Source: Macrostomum hystrix
Lineage: Eukaryota > Animalia > Platyhelminthes
NCBI GenBank assembly: GCA_950097015.1
Contig: CATNEN010000038.1
Location: 18,538,001-18,602,000, forward strand
DNA: 64,000 bases
Direction of reading: 5' to 3'
A program made the translations under genes and the position numbers. How positions within the stretch are numbered: position 1 is the first letter of the stretch; each line of letters starts with the position of its first letter. The notes below the pieces were generated by a model. That model was not told the origin of the DNA, did no database searches, and saw only the letters and a program-made list of their open reading frames with translations. Positions 1 to 13,808 of the stretch are shown in pieces.

Positions 1-2
1 GT

Positions 3-3000
3 GCCGTCCTCACAGGCTGCCTCGAAAATACCGACGATTGTAAATCCAGTGGGCTTCTCAACTCTAGTCAACTCATCGCCAACTCACTTCTGTCACAATC
101 CCGTCCCGACAACCTTGAATGTCTGGTCGACCGAATGACCAGCCTCGAGCTGCTCGGCATCGAAAGAGGGGCCGAACAACCCAATCCACGAGGCGACGTT
201 TTGACGAAAGACCTCCTGGACTCGGCCACACGTGGATCGGACGGTCGTTACTCGGTCGCATTACCCTTCAAGCCTGGAGCGGAGCAACTCCCATCAAACT
301 TCGGACAAGCTTGGGGTCGCGCTCAGGCTACACACCGTCGTCTTTACAGGCGGAGCGTCAAGAGTACTATGGAGAGTTTGAAAAGCACAAAGCAGAAGTG
401 ATCCTGGAAATCGTCGATGACACTAGTCCAAAAGGAAAGATCATCCATGTCCTGCCGCACTTTCCCGTCATCAAGATGTCTTCAAACACCACAAAAGTAC
501 GACCAGTTGTAGACGCCTCAGCGCCAACATCTCTAGGGGGCGTCTCTCTCAACGACCTCATGGAGTCTGGGCCAAACTTGCTCACCAACCTCTTCAAGGT
601 TCAGCTACGTCTCCGAACCTCAAAGTTTATCTGCCTCAGCGACATCCAGGCCGCCTTTTACCAAGTACTCGTGCACGAGCATTGTCGGGACGCCCAACGT
701 GTTATCCTACCCAAAAACATCGACCTGCCGCTTACACGTGACAATTTCCAAGTCTGGCGCTTCACCCGTATCGTCATGGGAGCCAGATTATCACCGTGGA
801 TCCTTGCCGCCGTCATTCGGAAACTCTGCCTGGATGCCATGGATTCCGGAAAATCAGGTCTTAGCTCTCGACAGCTTGAGCAGCTACCCTACAGCCTCTA
901 TGTCGACAACTTGGTCCAGGGCTATGACGTTCAAGAAGAGGGCCCACGTATCGTTGCCGCAACCCGAGCTCTCTTCCGATCCGCTGGGTTTCACCTCCGC
1001 CAGTTTGCCGCCAGTGACCCAGGAGCGCTCTGCGACGTGCCCTGGGCAGATCAGATCCACGAACCAGTCGTCAAGAGCCTCGGAATCCTCTGGGACACAC
1101 AGAGTGACCAACTGAGCCTGGCCAGTCCACAGCTGAAATTGGACCCTAATCTCAACCGGGCCAGTCTTCTTAAGGGAATCTCTACGCCATACGACCCGTG
1201 CGGTTACGCAGCGCCCCTGCTTCTAGCTGGACGTCTTCTATATCACGAAAGCTTCGGTCCTATGGATGCATGGAACAAGCCTGCCTCAACCGATACTGTT
1301 GAGAGCTGGCGCAGACTCCTCAATGATTTCAACGAGATCTGCCGTATTACCGTTCCTCGTCGCTGCCTCGCAGACCAGGCACTACCCAGTAGGCTCGTGA
1401 TCTTCAGCGACGCCTCACCTCGAGCTTACGGGTACACAATTTACCTACATCAGAATGGGAAGGACCTCACCAACTGCTGCCTCATCAACGCCAAGGCCCG
1501 CCTCGCTCCATCTGGCCGCAAGAATGTACTCATCACGGTTCCTCGCCTTGAGCTCTGGGCCGCATTAATCGCCAACCGAGCCGCGATTTTCCTACGCGAC
1601 TCCTTTAACCTAGGCAAGAGGCTCAGTGGCATAACCCACTTCATGGACAGTCAGATAGTCCTACATTGGATCCACAATGGGGCCAAGCTCCGTCCCTATG
1701 AGGCCCGCCGCGTTCAGGAGATCTTGGAGTCCAACCTGACTGACGACTACCGCTACGTCAACACCGCTGAGAACCCTGCCGATTGTTGCACAAGGCCACT
1801 TACACTCAGCCAACTTCTCAATTCAAATTTCTTCACCGGACCTCGATTCCTCCGACAGCCACATGGGGAGTGGCCATCTCAGACAACACCCACACCCACG
1901 AACTCCACGATTCTCCAAGGCATCCCACCAGCCCAGAAAAAGACCAAGAAGACAAGCGCTTTCCTGTCTGCATCGAACAGATGCGTCCCCCCTGCAGACA
2001 TGGACATCAACCGCTTCGGCAAACTCAGTGCCCTTCTCGGAACTCTCGCATATGTTATCCGTTTCGTCAAGCGAAGAAACCGAGTCACCGCGCCAGATGC
2101 CTCGGAACGCCAGGCTGCTCTTCACTTGTGGATCAAATGGGTACAGAGAGAGCGCTACGCTGACGAAATCAATGCCATACAGGAAGGCAGACCCAAAAGC
2201 TGCAAGATAGTCGCGCAGCTTGACCTCTTCTTGGATGACGAAGGTCTGATCCGCCTCAAATCCCGTATGGCAAACGCAACCTTAGACGCAGACGCAATCT
2301 ACCCAATGCTCCTTCCACCCGATCATCATCTCACTCACCTGCTCATACTCTACTTCCACAAACTAGATTGCCACAGCAGCGCCATATCTGTTCTACGGAG
2401 CCTTCGCGACCGTTTCTGGATTGTCCGTGGTCTCTCCACTGTCCGCTCAAGCCTCCGCCAGTGTCTTCCATGCCGATTCACGAAGGGACGCACACTCCCT
2501 CCCCCACAGCATGGCCAGCTACCACCAGAGCGCCTCAACTCATCAGGCCCGGCGTTCAGCTCTCTGCTCGTCGACCAGCTGGGCCCCGTCTTGACGACCG
2601 ATACGAAGACCCGCACTATCAACAAACGATGGGCAATGCTCCTCTGTTGCGCCTCAAGCCGCGCGGTCCATCTCGAGTACCTCCATGACTATTCTGCGGA
2701 CTCAGTTCTCCATGCTTTCGAGCGATTCTGGGCCCGCCGAGGACTCACCGAAGCCAGCATCTTCCTAGACCAGGCAACCGCCTTCCAAGCGGCCGGCAAA
2801 ATCATCGACTCTCTGCTAACACCAACGTTCCAGCACAAACTCCTAGCTGACCTCCAACCATTCGCCACTGCTAGACAACTCCACTTCAAATTCGCACCGG
2901 CACGCGCTCCGTGGCACCAAGGAGCCGTCGAGCGACTGGTTGGGATGGTCAAAGCCAGCCTTCGACCCGCACTTTGGCGCCGGCGGATCTCGGACGAAGA

Positions 3001-3646
3001 GTTCCTCACCCTGCTGACAAAGATCGAGGCTGTCTTGAACTCTCGCCCGCTGACATCTTTCTCGAATGACCCTAGCGATACGCGCCCCCTAACGCCAGCC
3101 GATCTCATCGCTCCTAGCGCTCGACTTGACTTGCCTGCAGCGCCTGAGCACCTTTTTCCATCTGCTGGGACCACGACCAGCAACCAACTACGAGCTCTCT
3201 ATCGACGCCGCGAGCAAATCATTGACGCTTTCTGGGCGCGATGGAACCGCGACTACATTCAACAACTCCACTCGATCCACTTACAACACCGTAGACGACA
3301 CGGCGAGCACTCACACCAGCCCCTCGTTGGACAGCTCTACCTCCTCGCCGACCAGACTCCGCGGTCAAACTGGAAGACGTGCCGCGTCATCGAAGTCCAT
3401 CCCGACAGTCATGATATCACCCGTTATGTCACTGTCCGAACGAGCACCGGTCACGAGTCCCGCCGTGCCATCACGCATCTCGTCCCTCTAGAGGCCGACA
3501 TTATCGATTTCCAGACCGCGGCCAACGCCGGCAGGACTCTAGTTCCACCCGGTTCTGGCAGCAAGGACGATCCGGTACAAACCAACCGCGCTCGACGGGC
3601 CATGCGACGACAACTTCTACGTGACTCTCCTTTTAACATTGCGTAA
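3..3646 (+). pseudogene. Pao pol polyprotein with one frameshift near 340-350
   Basis: The frame open from nt 3 carries the typical GRYSVALPFK...LPSNF motif (ORF 135-401). Homology then continues in the frame of ORF 119-3646 (LQAERQEYY...). The N-terminus of the 1175-aa ORF is therefore off-frame. Confidence 0.85.
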
Positions 3647-3662
3647 CTTCGCCCCCCCACCC

Positions 3663-3977
3663 TGTCGGAAATGCTTCCTCCAGAACTCCTTCTCGTCGCT
3701 TCCTTCGACTCTCCTCTTTTCTCTCTTGCTCACCAACTAGTTAATCAGTACGTTTCACTGCACTTTAATTGTTTCGCTTTTTATCGTCCTTTTAGCCCAT
3801 AGACTACGCATCCTGCCCGCCCCTTGTTACTCAATCGTTGTCTATGTTTCTAATTCCTTTCTCGGTACAGTTCCCCTTTAGTTGCTTCTAGTGCGCACTA
3901 AGCCCACAAGAGCTTCGAACCAAATACTTTCAATATACAAGTCAAATACAAGCAAAGAAGTTTTGTCCCAAGCGACA
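3663..3977 (+). repeat. 3' LTR of the Pao element (~315 bp)
   Basis: Begins TGTCG 17 nt after the pol stop and ends CGACA (5-bp terminal inverted repeat). CT-rich body, then an abrupt switch to a host minisatellite. Confidence 0.8.
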
Positions 3978-4105
3978 CTAGCCATACCATGTTACTGTCT
4001 AGCCATACCATGTTACTGTCTAGCCATACCATGTTACTGTCTAGCCATACCATGTTACTGTGTAACCCTACGATATTACTGTCAGCCCTACGATATTACT
4101 GTCGG
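3978..4105. repeat. 21-bp minisatellite (CTAGCCATACCATGTTACTGT) in a GPSM intron, interrupted by the Pao insertion
   Basis: Four clear copies plus degenerate copies. Confidence 0.9.
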
Positions 4106-4176
4106 TCTACCCCTAAAGTATTAAGTGTCTATGCATAACCGTACGACCGTTTAACCCTGTAACCAACAACACTCAC

Positions 4177-5315
4177 TCGGTCTCCAAGCTCTCTTGAGAG
4201 TTCCAAATGGCGCAGACAGCAGATCGATGCCTCCTCGAATTTGCCCAACACTTTCAATGTGTTGCCAAGGTTACCGGACGCCTTAGCTTCGCCAGCTTTG
4301 TCGTCCATTGTTCTGCGGTAGATAGGAATGTAATGCCTTTAAATAAAAACATTTCTAGCTACAGCAGAATACCAAAAATTTGGCACTATTAATTACCTAG
4401 CCAAGCTAAGATCCAGTGTGTGATAATCCAAAGCTTTCGCGTAGTCCTGCAGGTAGAAATGAGCATTTCCCAACTGGCTATAAACTGCCGACAATATTTT
4501 CAAATCGTCTGTGCCAACTTGAACGGCGGCCTCTAGAAATTGAACACCTAGCCGGCATTCGCCGCCTTTGCACAATCGCTCGCCTTCTAGGGCCAATTCT
4601 AGACAGCTGGAATCGTCGCCATGATTTGCAGCAGCCGAGGCAGCCGAGGGTGCCAGATAATTATGGGACCGCCCGGTTACTGGCATAGCAACTGCTGTCA
4701 AGGATTGCTTAGTCAATTTAGTCGACGCCTTTGCTAGATAGAAGTGATTAATAGATTTTGCTGGAATTTTTTGTAGAGTTAGTTACAGTATTTTAGTTAT
4801 AGTCTAAAGTACAAAATGTACTTTTTGTAAAAAAACAATACATGTTAATATTGTTTGATGAATCTGATGATATTACAGGTGTATGACTTGGTGATTTAAT
4901 AATTCTATGGTAGGTTACGATGAGTTATTTGATGAGCTATATTACATTTCCATGGCGTGTATATAACAGCTCACTGGGAGGTAATATTACAGGTCACTGA
5001 CAGGTAATATTACAGGTCACTGTCAGGCAATATTGCAAGTCACTGACAGGTAATATTACTGTTCCATGACATGTAACCATCCATTACAGTTCAATGTCAG
5101 GAAATATGACATTTAAAGAACGGGTAATATTGCAGCTCAATTTTAGGTAATTTCCCCGCTCCTTGGCATGCAGTATTACAATCGCATTCAAATATCAGTG
5201 TCAATAGAAACAGAGAAAATTGATTACCATCGCATGAGCAGGAGGTTAGGGTCAAGCTATCTGATGTAATTGTGGCAGATTCCGTGCCCGACACTTCATC
5301 GTAGATGTCTGGCAT
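4177..5315 (-). CDS. GPSM2: G-protein signalling modulator (LGN/AGS3/Pins), first three coding exons: 5228-5315, 4397-4733, 4177-4312; gene continues beyond the Pao insertion, out of the window
   Basis: SCLELALEGERLCKGG...VGTDDLKILSAVYSQLGNAHFYLQDYAKALDYH and GEAKASGNLGNTLKVLGKFEEA are the LGN/AGS3 N-terminal TPRs. GT-AG junctions are phase-compatible. GPSM1 versus GPSM2 is not resolvable in an invertebrate. Confidence 0.9.
4960..5062. repeat. 23-bp minisatellite (TATTACAGGTCACTGACAGGTAA) in GPSM intron 1
   Basis: About four degenerate copies. Confidence 0.8.
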
Positions 5316-5367
5316 AATTAATTAGACAGTTACAAATGAACTATATTATATTAAATTATACTCGCCA

Positions 5368-6109
5368 TGTTGTCTTATTGAGGAAGGCAAATAGAGTAAG
5401 TAGAAAGGAAGATTTTAGCAAGAGTTCGCTAATAGACTAAAAACTAGCAACACTAAGCTTGTAGAATAAGACCAAGTGGAAGTAGAAACTAAGAACAGAA
5501 TAAAGAAAACGACTAGACGATTAGACGGAGCTAGCAACTTTCATAGCTGGCCGCCAAATATATGCCTTAGGATCAGTTTGGAACAGGGCAGGGCGGCAAG
5601 GCTATAAGAAGGGGGAGGCGGCAGATACGACCAGGGGAGGCGATAGCGCGATCGCAGTTGGCGTACGAATTTAAACAGAAAGCAGAAAGAGAGAGAAGGC
5701 GAGACAGGAAGACAGAGAGAGGAAGAGGAAGAAACAAAAAAATTAACATCGGCACAGAAGAGGCGAGAGTGTGCACACTTCGGGGCACGAGGTTAAATCC
5801 ACTCCCCCACCTCGGATAGGATAGAAACTAAGACAGACACACACAGAGAGACAAAGTTTTTATTTAATCCAATAGGGAAAGTGTAGCAGAAGGGAAAACT
5901 GTTATTCAAATAGTGGCCCTAGAGAAATATGGCAGCCGAGGACAGGGTAGCGCAGGGACGCGTTGATGCTAGAATCTAACTTCAAAGGAAAATAATTACA
6001 CCCGAGCGTAGCAAGGTAGGATAATTAAATTAGGAAGGAAACAAAGAAGTCAGAGCCTTAAGGGCTGGCTCTAATTATAAGCTAAGTTGGGTCCGATTGA
6101 ATTATAACA
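5368..6109 (-). mobile_element. Possible LTR remnant just upstream of GPSM
   Basis: Purine/pyrimidine-skewed block bounded by TGTTAT...ACAACA on the minus strand, with AATAAA near 5860. It is followed on the minus strand by a PBS-like TGGCG. No TSD seen. Confidence 0.35.
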
Positions 6110-6174
6110 ATTTTATACTAGACGCCGAGTGCACTGAGATTTCATCATTAATGAGCTGCTAGTGCCAGATAAAA

Positions 6175-6320
6175 TAATCACTGGATATTGGACTTCTGAC
6201 TGAGAGGTCGAAAGTTCGAATTCTAAGCCGAAGGGAGACCAGTTTTTGTTACCCGAGCAAGAGGATAAATTGACTTTAACTAATTCTTCAGCTCATCGAG
6301 ATGTAAATGGTTACAGAGAC
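6175..6320 (+). mobile_element. Degenerate tRNA-derived SINE (family C)
   Basis: B-box-like GTTCGAATT. Downstream CAGCTCATCGAGATGTAAATGGTTAC resembles the copies at 24085 and 50215. Confidence 0.45.
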
Positions 6321-7493
6321 CATGTCCACTGTACTGTCCACTTCAAGTTTAGTGACTTTTAAAGTACAGTGCAATAGCTGTAGCAGTACAGGCTTTCATT
6401 CTGGACCAAAGAAGCTAGGTGTAATAATTTATATTCATCTAATTAACTCATAATTGCAGTGAGGAACCATTTAGATAGGTTAATTTTTAATGAAAGACCA
6501 GATAAATAGTGATCCCTTAATTGATGGAACAGTTAAAATAGGTTGTCACCAGTTAAACAGGGCCTTTCATACCACAAGTTTGAAATACTGCTTTCATACT
6601 CAGCAGTATAATTATGCAAGCACTGTATGTTTAGATAAAGACAAGTAAATTATTATTTCATTTTTAATGAACTGTTGATAAGATTGCTGAACTTAGAAAT
6701 AAAACTAAAATGTTCAAAACTATAGCTCTAAACTTTTCTAGAAACATAGAAGCGAGTTTTAACAATCACAGAATTAGATAATTGAAAGCACCAATCACAG
6801 TTGTAATTTCCACTTTCTTTTTTAAAAAGTCAGAGCAATTTTGAGAACAAACACACATACACGACAATGTCCACATAGACATAATATATAGTAATTAATT
6901 ATATTTAATATAGATCAAAAAATATCTTATATATCATAGATATTATTGTCATTAAAATGAAATTACAGTTAATTTTGTACAATCGAATGAAGCTAAAATA
7001 AATAGCTAGAATGCCATGTTTTTAATGTTTGACAGATCAAACATTTTCAGCAGTCAAAATGCATCCTCGATATGAACACTATCATTTTATTGAAGCACAT
7101 ATATAAGCCTAACTTTTGCTTAAGACAATAAGACTATATAGGACTAAAGGATTGTTTTCTCACAATCTTTAATACTACTAAACTAATTTTTACCATTTAT
7201 TTACTATTCACCAAAAAATGCCAAATATAATCTGACTAAATTTGCTGATACTTTAAGACAAAATGTCTTTCCACAGCATGCAGACTAGTATAAAATGACA
7301 TATCTATGAGCATATCTATTTGCAAACACACTAGACAACCAAACTTTGCATGTAGGAATGTTGCAACTACAAGTTGCAAGACCCAGCCAATTGCTAACTG
7401 AACTTCAATGGAAAATAGCACACAATAGGAACCCAACCCTAGCTTGACAGTGACTATAAATAGAGATAAATGCACAGGAAATGAATGCCAAGA

Positions 7494-9767
7494 CAGGGAC
7501 TACTAAAACACTCGGGATGCGAAACGAGCCAAATCATGGTGAAAAAAAGTTGGGGGCTCTTTTGAAGGCAGTGTTCTATGGCGATTCCAACTGCAACTCT
7601 CAAGTCTCAAGAAGTGTGAGGGCAAAGAACAAGCCCCCAACTCTTGTGCGAATGTGAAAAATGCCGAGAAAGTGCAGCGTCTATAACTGCAGATCAAACT
7701 ATAACTCAGAATAAAGCCGAAAAAAGATATTTGCCTTTCCTCGAGATGCACAAGAACGGGAGCGTTGGAGACAGACCCTACCAAATATTTTGGAGGTAAG
7801 AAACATGTTAATATTAAGCGATCATATGCGTCGGTGCAAATCGAATGCAAACTAATTATTAAAAATGACGACTATGATAAAATTTACAATTCTAGAAAGT
7901 GACTGAACACATGGGCATCTGCCAAAAGCACTGGCCAAGAGACTCCCCCATGTTGAAGAATGGTTGACATGAAAGACCGAAAGATCCACCTTCTGTCTTC
8001 TCTAAGGCAGAATCTTCTCTCTCTTCTTTCCCACTTTGTGCTTTATACAGACGCAAGGTACACATAGCTAAAGGCAGATTGCAACCGAAAATTTATTGTT
8101 TAATTGCATGCTCATCATGATTGACTACCATTCAAAACTCTAAATTTCAGGCAGTGATTGACAAGTAGACATTCGAGGTGTGGCATCTGGCACTAGGAAC
8201 GTGGATGCAGATGAACTGGAAGCATTTCGACAGCTGGATGTCTTGCCCGAATGGGAAACGTTCCAAGTGGTTGTCAAGGGCGCGGAAGTTGTGACTCAGC
8301 ATGCGTTGATCGCCACCATCCTTGGCGAAGAAGTCTACCTGTTTTCGTTAGATGCGGATGGAGAACTTTCTGTTCGAGTTTTTATTGCCCCAAACTTCTC
8401 CGTTCGCGCATTCATTATGCACACGCCTGTTCTGATTTGAGACTTGTTGGGATTTCAACTGACACTAAAGTATTGGTCCCAATTGGATATTGGATGCTGT
8501 CATTGTGCGTTGCAAGAATTCCGACTCTAAAGTTCAACACAAGGTAACAGCATTTGTAAAGAAAATGCAGAGTACTTTGGCCGCAAATACCGAGCTTGAA
8601 TCCTGGATTGATCCATCGATAATGTTTTTGATTCAGCAACTGAGGCTTGCACTAGTCAGTTCCAACAATCGCTGCTACGACATCACGCTGGTGCGACAAG
8701 CGGCCTTGCTATATTTGATCAGTAGCTCAGCAAACTCACAGATAAGGAAGCTGTTGCCATTGCCTCATCCCAGAACACTGCACATGCAGCTTGCCGGCAC
8801 AGGGGAAGTCAGAACAGAAACTGACGCTGCACAGGTGACTCAAACGGTGTTTGCAAGTCTGTCTGAAATCCAGCGAAACTGCGTTGTTATGTTCGACGAA
8901 ATGTATGTTCAGCCATCATTTCGCTACTGCTGTCGCCACCTTCTGGGACGATCTGTTGACAACCCAAGCCAGGCAGCTCGCACGATTCTGGCTATAATGG
9001 TGAAGCCACTATTTGGAGGAGTACCATTTGTTATTCGGCTACTTCCAACCTATCTCTTAACGGCAGAGTTTCTGAAAATGAACGTCAGCCTGTGCATTAA
9101 AACAATCAATCAAAATGGTGGTCGCGTTGTTGCTCTGGTCTGTGACAACCACCCAGCCAATCGCCGATGCTTTGCTTTATTTAACGATGGAAGTGAACCA
9201 TGATGGAAGTGAACCACAATGGATTGGGAAGGATCCTGCGCAGGTGTCGAAATTTTACATGATCGTTGACTTCACATTCACATTCTGAAGTGCATTTGCA
9301 ACAATTGGCAAACTGAATCCAATGGAACCTTAACTATTCAACCGCCAGGTGCAGACCTTAGTACCCCAGTTCTTCCTATGCAGGTCCTCATCCTTGTATG
9401 AGTTCCTCCTCAAATAAGCTATGTTCAGTTCCATTCCGAGCTATATAAACCATGCTACATTCAAACCCTTTCTTCATGTTTTTCTCACGTGCTTAAATGT
9501 ATGTCATTGTACTCTGTACAGCCGTGTTTTACTACTCAAAGACAACAGAAAACATATTTAGTAAATATTACTAACAAACTTTTAGAGAACCTTCTATACC
9601 CTTTGAAGCAAAAATAATAGAACTGTGGCCTTAGTCTTTTCAGCAGCTCAGCTGATCGTAATGCATTTAATGCATGAAAAATTGGGGGCCCATAGACTTA
9701 AATGAGCCCCCACCTTTTTCACCATGATTTGGCTCGTTTTGCATCCTAAGTGTTTTAGTAGTCCCTG
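7494..9767 (+). mobile_element. P-element superfamily DNA transposon (THAP9-like), internally deleted and non-autonomous
   Basis: About 65-bp TIRs (CAGGGACTACTAAAACACT... / ...AGTGTTTTAGTAGTCCCTG) and a perfect 8-bp TSD TGCCAAGA at 7486-7493 and 9768-9775. Confidence 0.93.
7661..9350 (+). pseudogene. THAP-domain P transposase pseudogene (spliced)
   Basis: Exon 1 MPRKCSVYNC..*..FAFP..ERERW and exon 2 GICQKHW form a THAP C2CH finger with a premature stop. Core motifs LPHPRTL, FDEMYVQP and LVCDNHPAN lie in ORF 8490-9203. A 16-bp tandem duplication at ~9187-9218 creates a stop, and the C-terminal half is missing. Confidence 0.88.
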
Positions 9768-12700
9768 TGCCAAGAATGAAGTAAAATGTCTAAGCGAAGA
9801 GTTGCTGTACACAAATACTCTATTATCAGTGCTGACAGACTGAAAGGTTGCTATTTGTTGGCAAACATCCTAAGAAGCCTAAAACAATTGAATGTTGCAA
9901 CACCTTAACAACCACTACAAAAAGCTAAATGGGGAGCAACAAGGAAAAACAATTCAGCTTAACAAAATGAAATAGGGACTCTTTCTTAGAAATTGTTTTC
10001 CTCAAAAATTATTTTGTTTAAATGCACCACTTTTTTTAATGCACATTTTTAATGCAACAAATTCATAAAAGCTTTTTGAATTTGCTTTATGAAGTGGAGA
10101 AACTTGAGGAAGGACATAAAAAGAAGGTATAAGGAAACATGTGAGAGGGAGTAAAAATTTATTGTTTTAGTCATATATGAACAATGTTCAGAATAAGAAA
10201 GTTGGACATGGTAGGCCTAATTAATGTGTTTGTCTAAAAAGTTATTTCAAGAAAGGGAAGTGATTTTAAAAAGTGAAAGAAGGAAAGCTATAACCCTAGA
10301 TCCACTGGTAAGCCCAAGACAGACTTGACAAATAATTGAAGAGTGATAAGACTTAAAGAATAATTGCCAAAGAGTGATAAAGAAGGATAAAGACAGATAA
10401 ACAGTCAGAGACATATAAAGACATATAAGAGAATAATTACAGAAGTGATACAGTAAAGTTATTTAAGTACAAGTAAATAGAAAGGATAAAAGTTGGCCAT
10501 ATTAAACATATAATGCTACCATATGAATTACATAATGCTACCAATTTGAATTCTAAATAAGAAATACATAAAGTAAATAGGCCTAACTAAAGATACTTAG
10601 GCCCCTATAAGTATGCCATAAGACAATTTTTGAATTATTATTCTCCAAAATCATATTTAACAGAATCGTTTCAGACGGCAACATAACGAAACATAACAAA
10701 ATGCAATAGGAGACAACAAGAGACAGTCAGACACATGCTAGAAACCTCAGAGTCTGTAGGCCTACCAATTACACGGGGTAGTAGTGAGCCACCTAGAATA
10801 AAAGATTCGTGAAGATCTTCCGCCGGAAGCACCGGCGCCAGAGAAACTCTTCTAGGTGTGTCTCGAATAGTGCCTTTGATGTTCCATGCATGGACTGCAG
10901 TCTGGCATTGACATGGGCCTATGTGCCTTCAATGGTGTTGGTATGGACCATTGGATTGTTGGGGTCCACAAAGTTGAGCCAGTGATTGACAGGTGGTACA
11001 GTACAATGGTTGTAGGAGCTGGTGGACATACTGCCATGTTGGAAACTTGAGATTGAGTTGTCAAACTAAAGTTATTCTTTCAGCTTCACTTGGAATCCCC
11101 CCTTTTATCTGCATCCCATGGGTTTAACCATAGACATACACCATCTGCCACGTCAAATGACGTGTAGGCCCTAACACGTTCTGGCACCATTTTGAAAAAA
11201 AAAATAATTAAACGTGCGAAACTGCAAGATTGCCTAATAGGGCAATAGTTAGGCCTATGCCCATGATATCTAAAAACTATATTTAAAATTCAAGTATAAT
11301 AATATTAATATGAATAATATTGAGTAACCAGATTAGATTTTATATATCTTAATTGTTTATACTTAGGCCTATCCCTATAGCCTACACGCTAATATAAACA
11401 TAAGCACATAGCAAAAAAGCTAAACAGACCCGACCTATCTAGACACTTATTGCTCCAAAAGTTTTCTGTTGTGTAGTCCAAGTTGTCTATGTCCTATTAA
11501 GAAATATAAAAAAAGATTAGTGACAATATTGTACTTCTATATTGTATGTCAATATTTAAAATTCATTTACTAATTTCATGATTTGTTGAGGTGGATATCT
11601 CTCAGTCTCAGCACCACGGTGCAGTAATTCGTGTTCGTTAAGTGAAAAAACTCGTTTGTTTTAAAATTAAATTTTAGTTACATTCTACAACTTTGTCGTC
11701 TTTATCTTACGTAGTTTACGTGATGGATTTAAGTGAAATTAGTACATGCGTTTTTATTGTTAAGCAGGCGTGTGTCAATATAAATGAATGATTTTTCTGT
11801 GGTTCTACTCAAGTACTCACTACACCAGCATTTCTGGATGTTTGTTTTGTTTACGTCTTTGTCTTCGGCGAAGAAAGTCAAAGATTTTTTGTTCATGAAT
11901 GTACGAGTATATGTAACTTATATGGCATATTTGGATACATTTTGTGTACACAACTGCAACTCCTACACTTTTGACGACTGACTAAGCATGTCCAAGTCCG
12001 ACGAGCTATAGAACCGACAATCTTGGCGATATTGGCGAAATTATCGGAATGGCTTAATATTGGCATCCAATACATACGGCTTTTTAAGTGTTTAAAGAAA
12101 ATTTAATGAGGCAGACAAGACGTTGGATCTAATATATAATGATTTACACATGTTTAAAGGAAAAAAGGCTTCTAATTAAGGTTGTGTTACATTATTCTGA
12201 GATTGAGGGTGCTTTATTTTAACAAACTTATCGAATGACATTCTGAAAAGCAGAATGCTTCAGAAGCAATCAGTTCATACAATTAGATAATCGCAGATAA
12301 AATTAAGAAAATTATTAGAATTTGAGCTTTTTTACAAAGTTTGCTTTATCCATATGCTAGAAAAAAATACAAAACAGAAAATACAAAAAATTACAGTTTC
12401 TCAACAGTTTGTTGTTTATTTTAACGATGTTCATAGTTTCAGATTATGATCTTGAGTTTTACTTTATCATGCACATAGGCCTACTATACGAGTATATTTA
12501 CACTTGAAACGTTTTTAAGGTGAATACAAAAACAATTAGACTAAACGTTTGAACGAACAGTTTTTTAATGCATAGGCTGAAATATGCATACGAGCTAGAC
12601 CGAAAGAAGATTCAACAAACGCATGTGTAATTAACGTCGCAAAAAACGCAGACGACTAAAATGTATAAAAGAAGAATGCAGAATGACAATCTAAAACATA

Positions 12701-13808
12701 AAACGAACTCAAAATCCGGAGAAGATCAAAATACGCGTGAGAGAAAAACCATTTTGACGTGTCAAAAATTGAGACATTAAAAAGAAAACGCTTGCAAAAT
12801 GAAAGAGCCTCATCATTTATACTATGAACAAAGGTGAGAATGCAATCGAGATAAAAAACTAAAACGCAAAAAGACAACATATTACGATGTGCTTTACAAC
12901 AATTAGCAACAAAAAAACCTGCAATTTTCACTGAAAAAACTCATTTACAGTGCTGCATGATGAAGCAATAGGATATTGATTTAGAGATTGACTTTAACAT
13001 TAAAAAAATATAATTTTTAGAAAGAGAAAATGATAAGTTCCGCAATGATAAGTTCTCTCCCTCCCTTTCAATGTTCGATTTACTGAGGGCAGTCACGTGA
13101 TTGGTTTAAGGTTGGTTAATAAACTGGTTTCCCAAAAGTAGCTAAAAATATCTATAACAGAATTTTCTAAGATCTTTCACCCGAAATGAGTGAAGAAGCG
13201 AGTTGTATTAACAAGCTAATTATTATAGCACGGGTATGACTAGACCACGATTAGCAATGTTGCTTTTCTAAAGCGACGAAAAGCGTGCAGAAAATGTTTA
13301 TTATTATTGCGCAATAAAAACTTCTTCTTCAAGACTCGCTGTCATAACGAGTCTTATACGAGACTATCATATTTAATAGTCTTTAAAAAACATTTACCAG
13401 ATTGAGCCAAATACTGCGTATTGTTCCACTGAAAGAGACAGTCGATTAATATTTAATTTAACAAGGCTTAACAGTAGAAAGAGCATGGGGATATCTCAAA
13501 AACTTGAATTTTTTCTTTCTGTAACTCCCAAAATATTCAACCAATAGCCGTGAAAATCAAGAACACTGGCTAAAATTTTCCGCCATCACAAAATCACAAA
13601 ACATCGGCATTATCGGGCTATTCAAAAACCCTCGTCGTGGTGTCCGGTGGCAAAAAACTCCAATATAGTAAAAAACTTTCTGCTCACAAAATTTCATCAT
13701 GTGATCATGTGGGTTACTATTGCTGATTGTTTTTTTATACACTTTTGAACCAATTTGGATTCGCTAAGTGGTTAATACAAAGCAATGTTACTTGTCCCTG
13801 TCATCGGG

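Larger units (their letters stand above)
1..3977 (+). mobile_element. BEL/Pao LTR retrotransposon, 3' portion (pol plus 3' LTR); 5' end lies outside the window
   Basis: Pol motifs in Pao order: RT (DIQAAFYQV, YVDN), Pao RNase H/peptidase A17 region (FSDAS, VPRLEL, FMDSQIVL, NPADCCTR), integrase HHCC plus DDE (VDQLGP, LDQATAF, GAVERLV), DUF5641-like FWARWNRDYI. Followed by an LTR bounded by TGTCG...CGACA. Confidence 0.95.
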
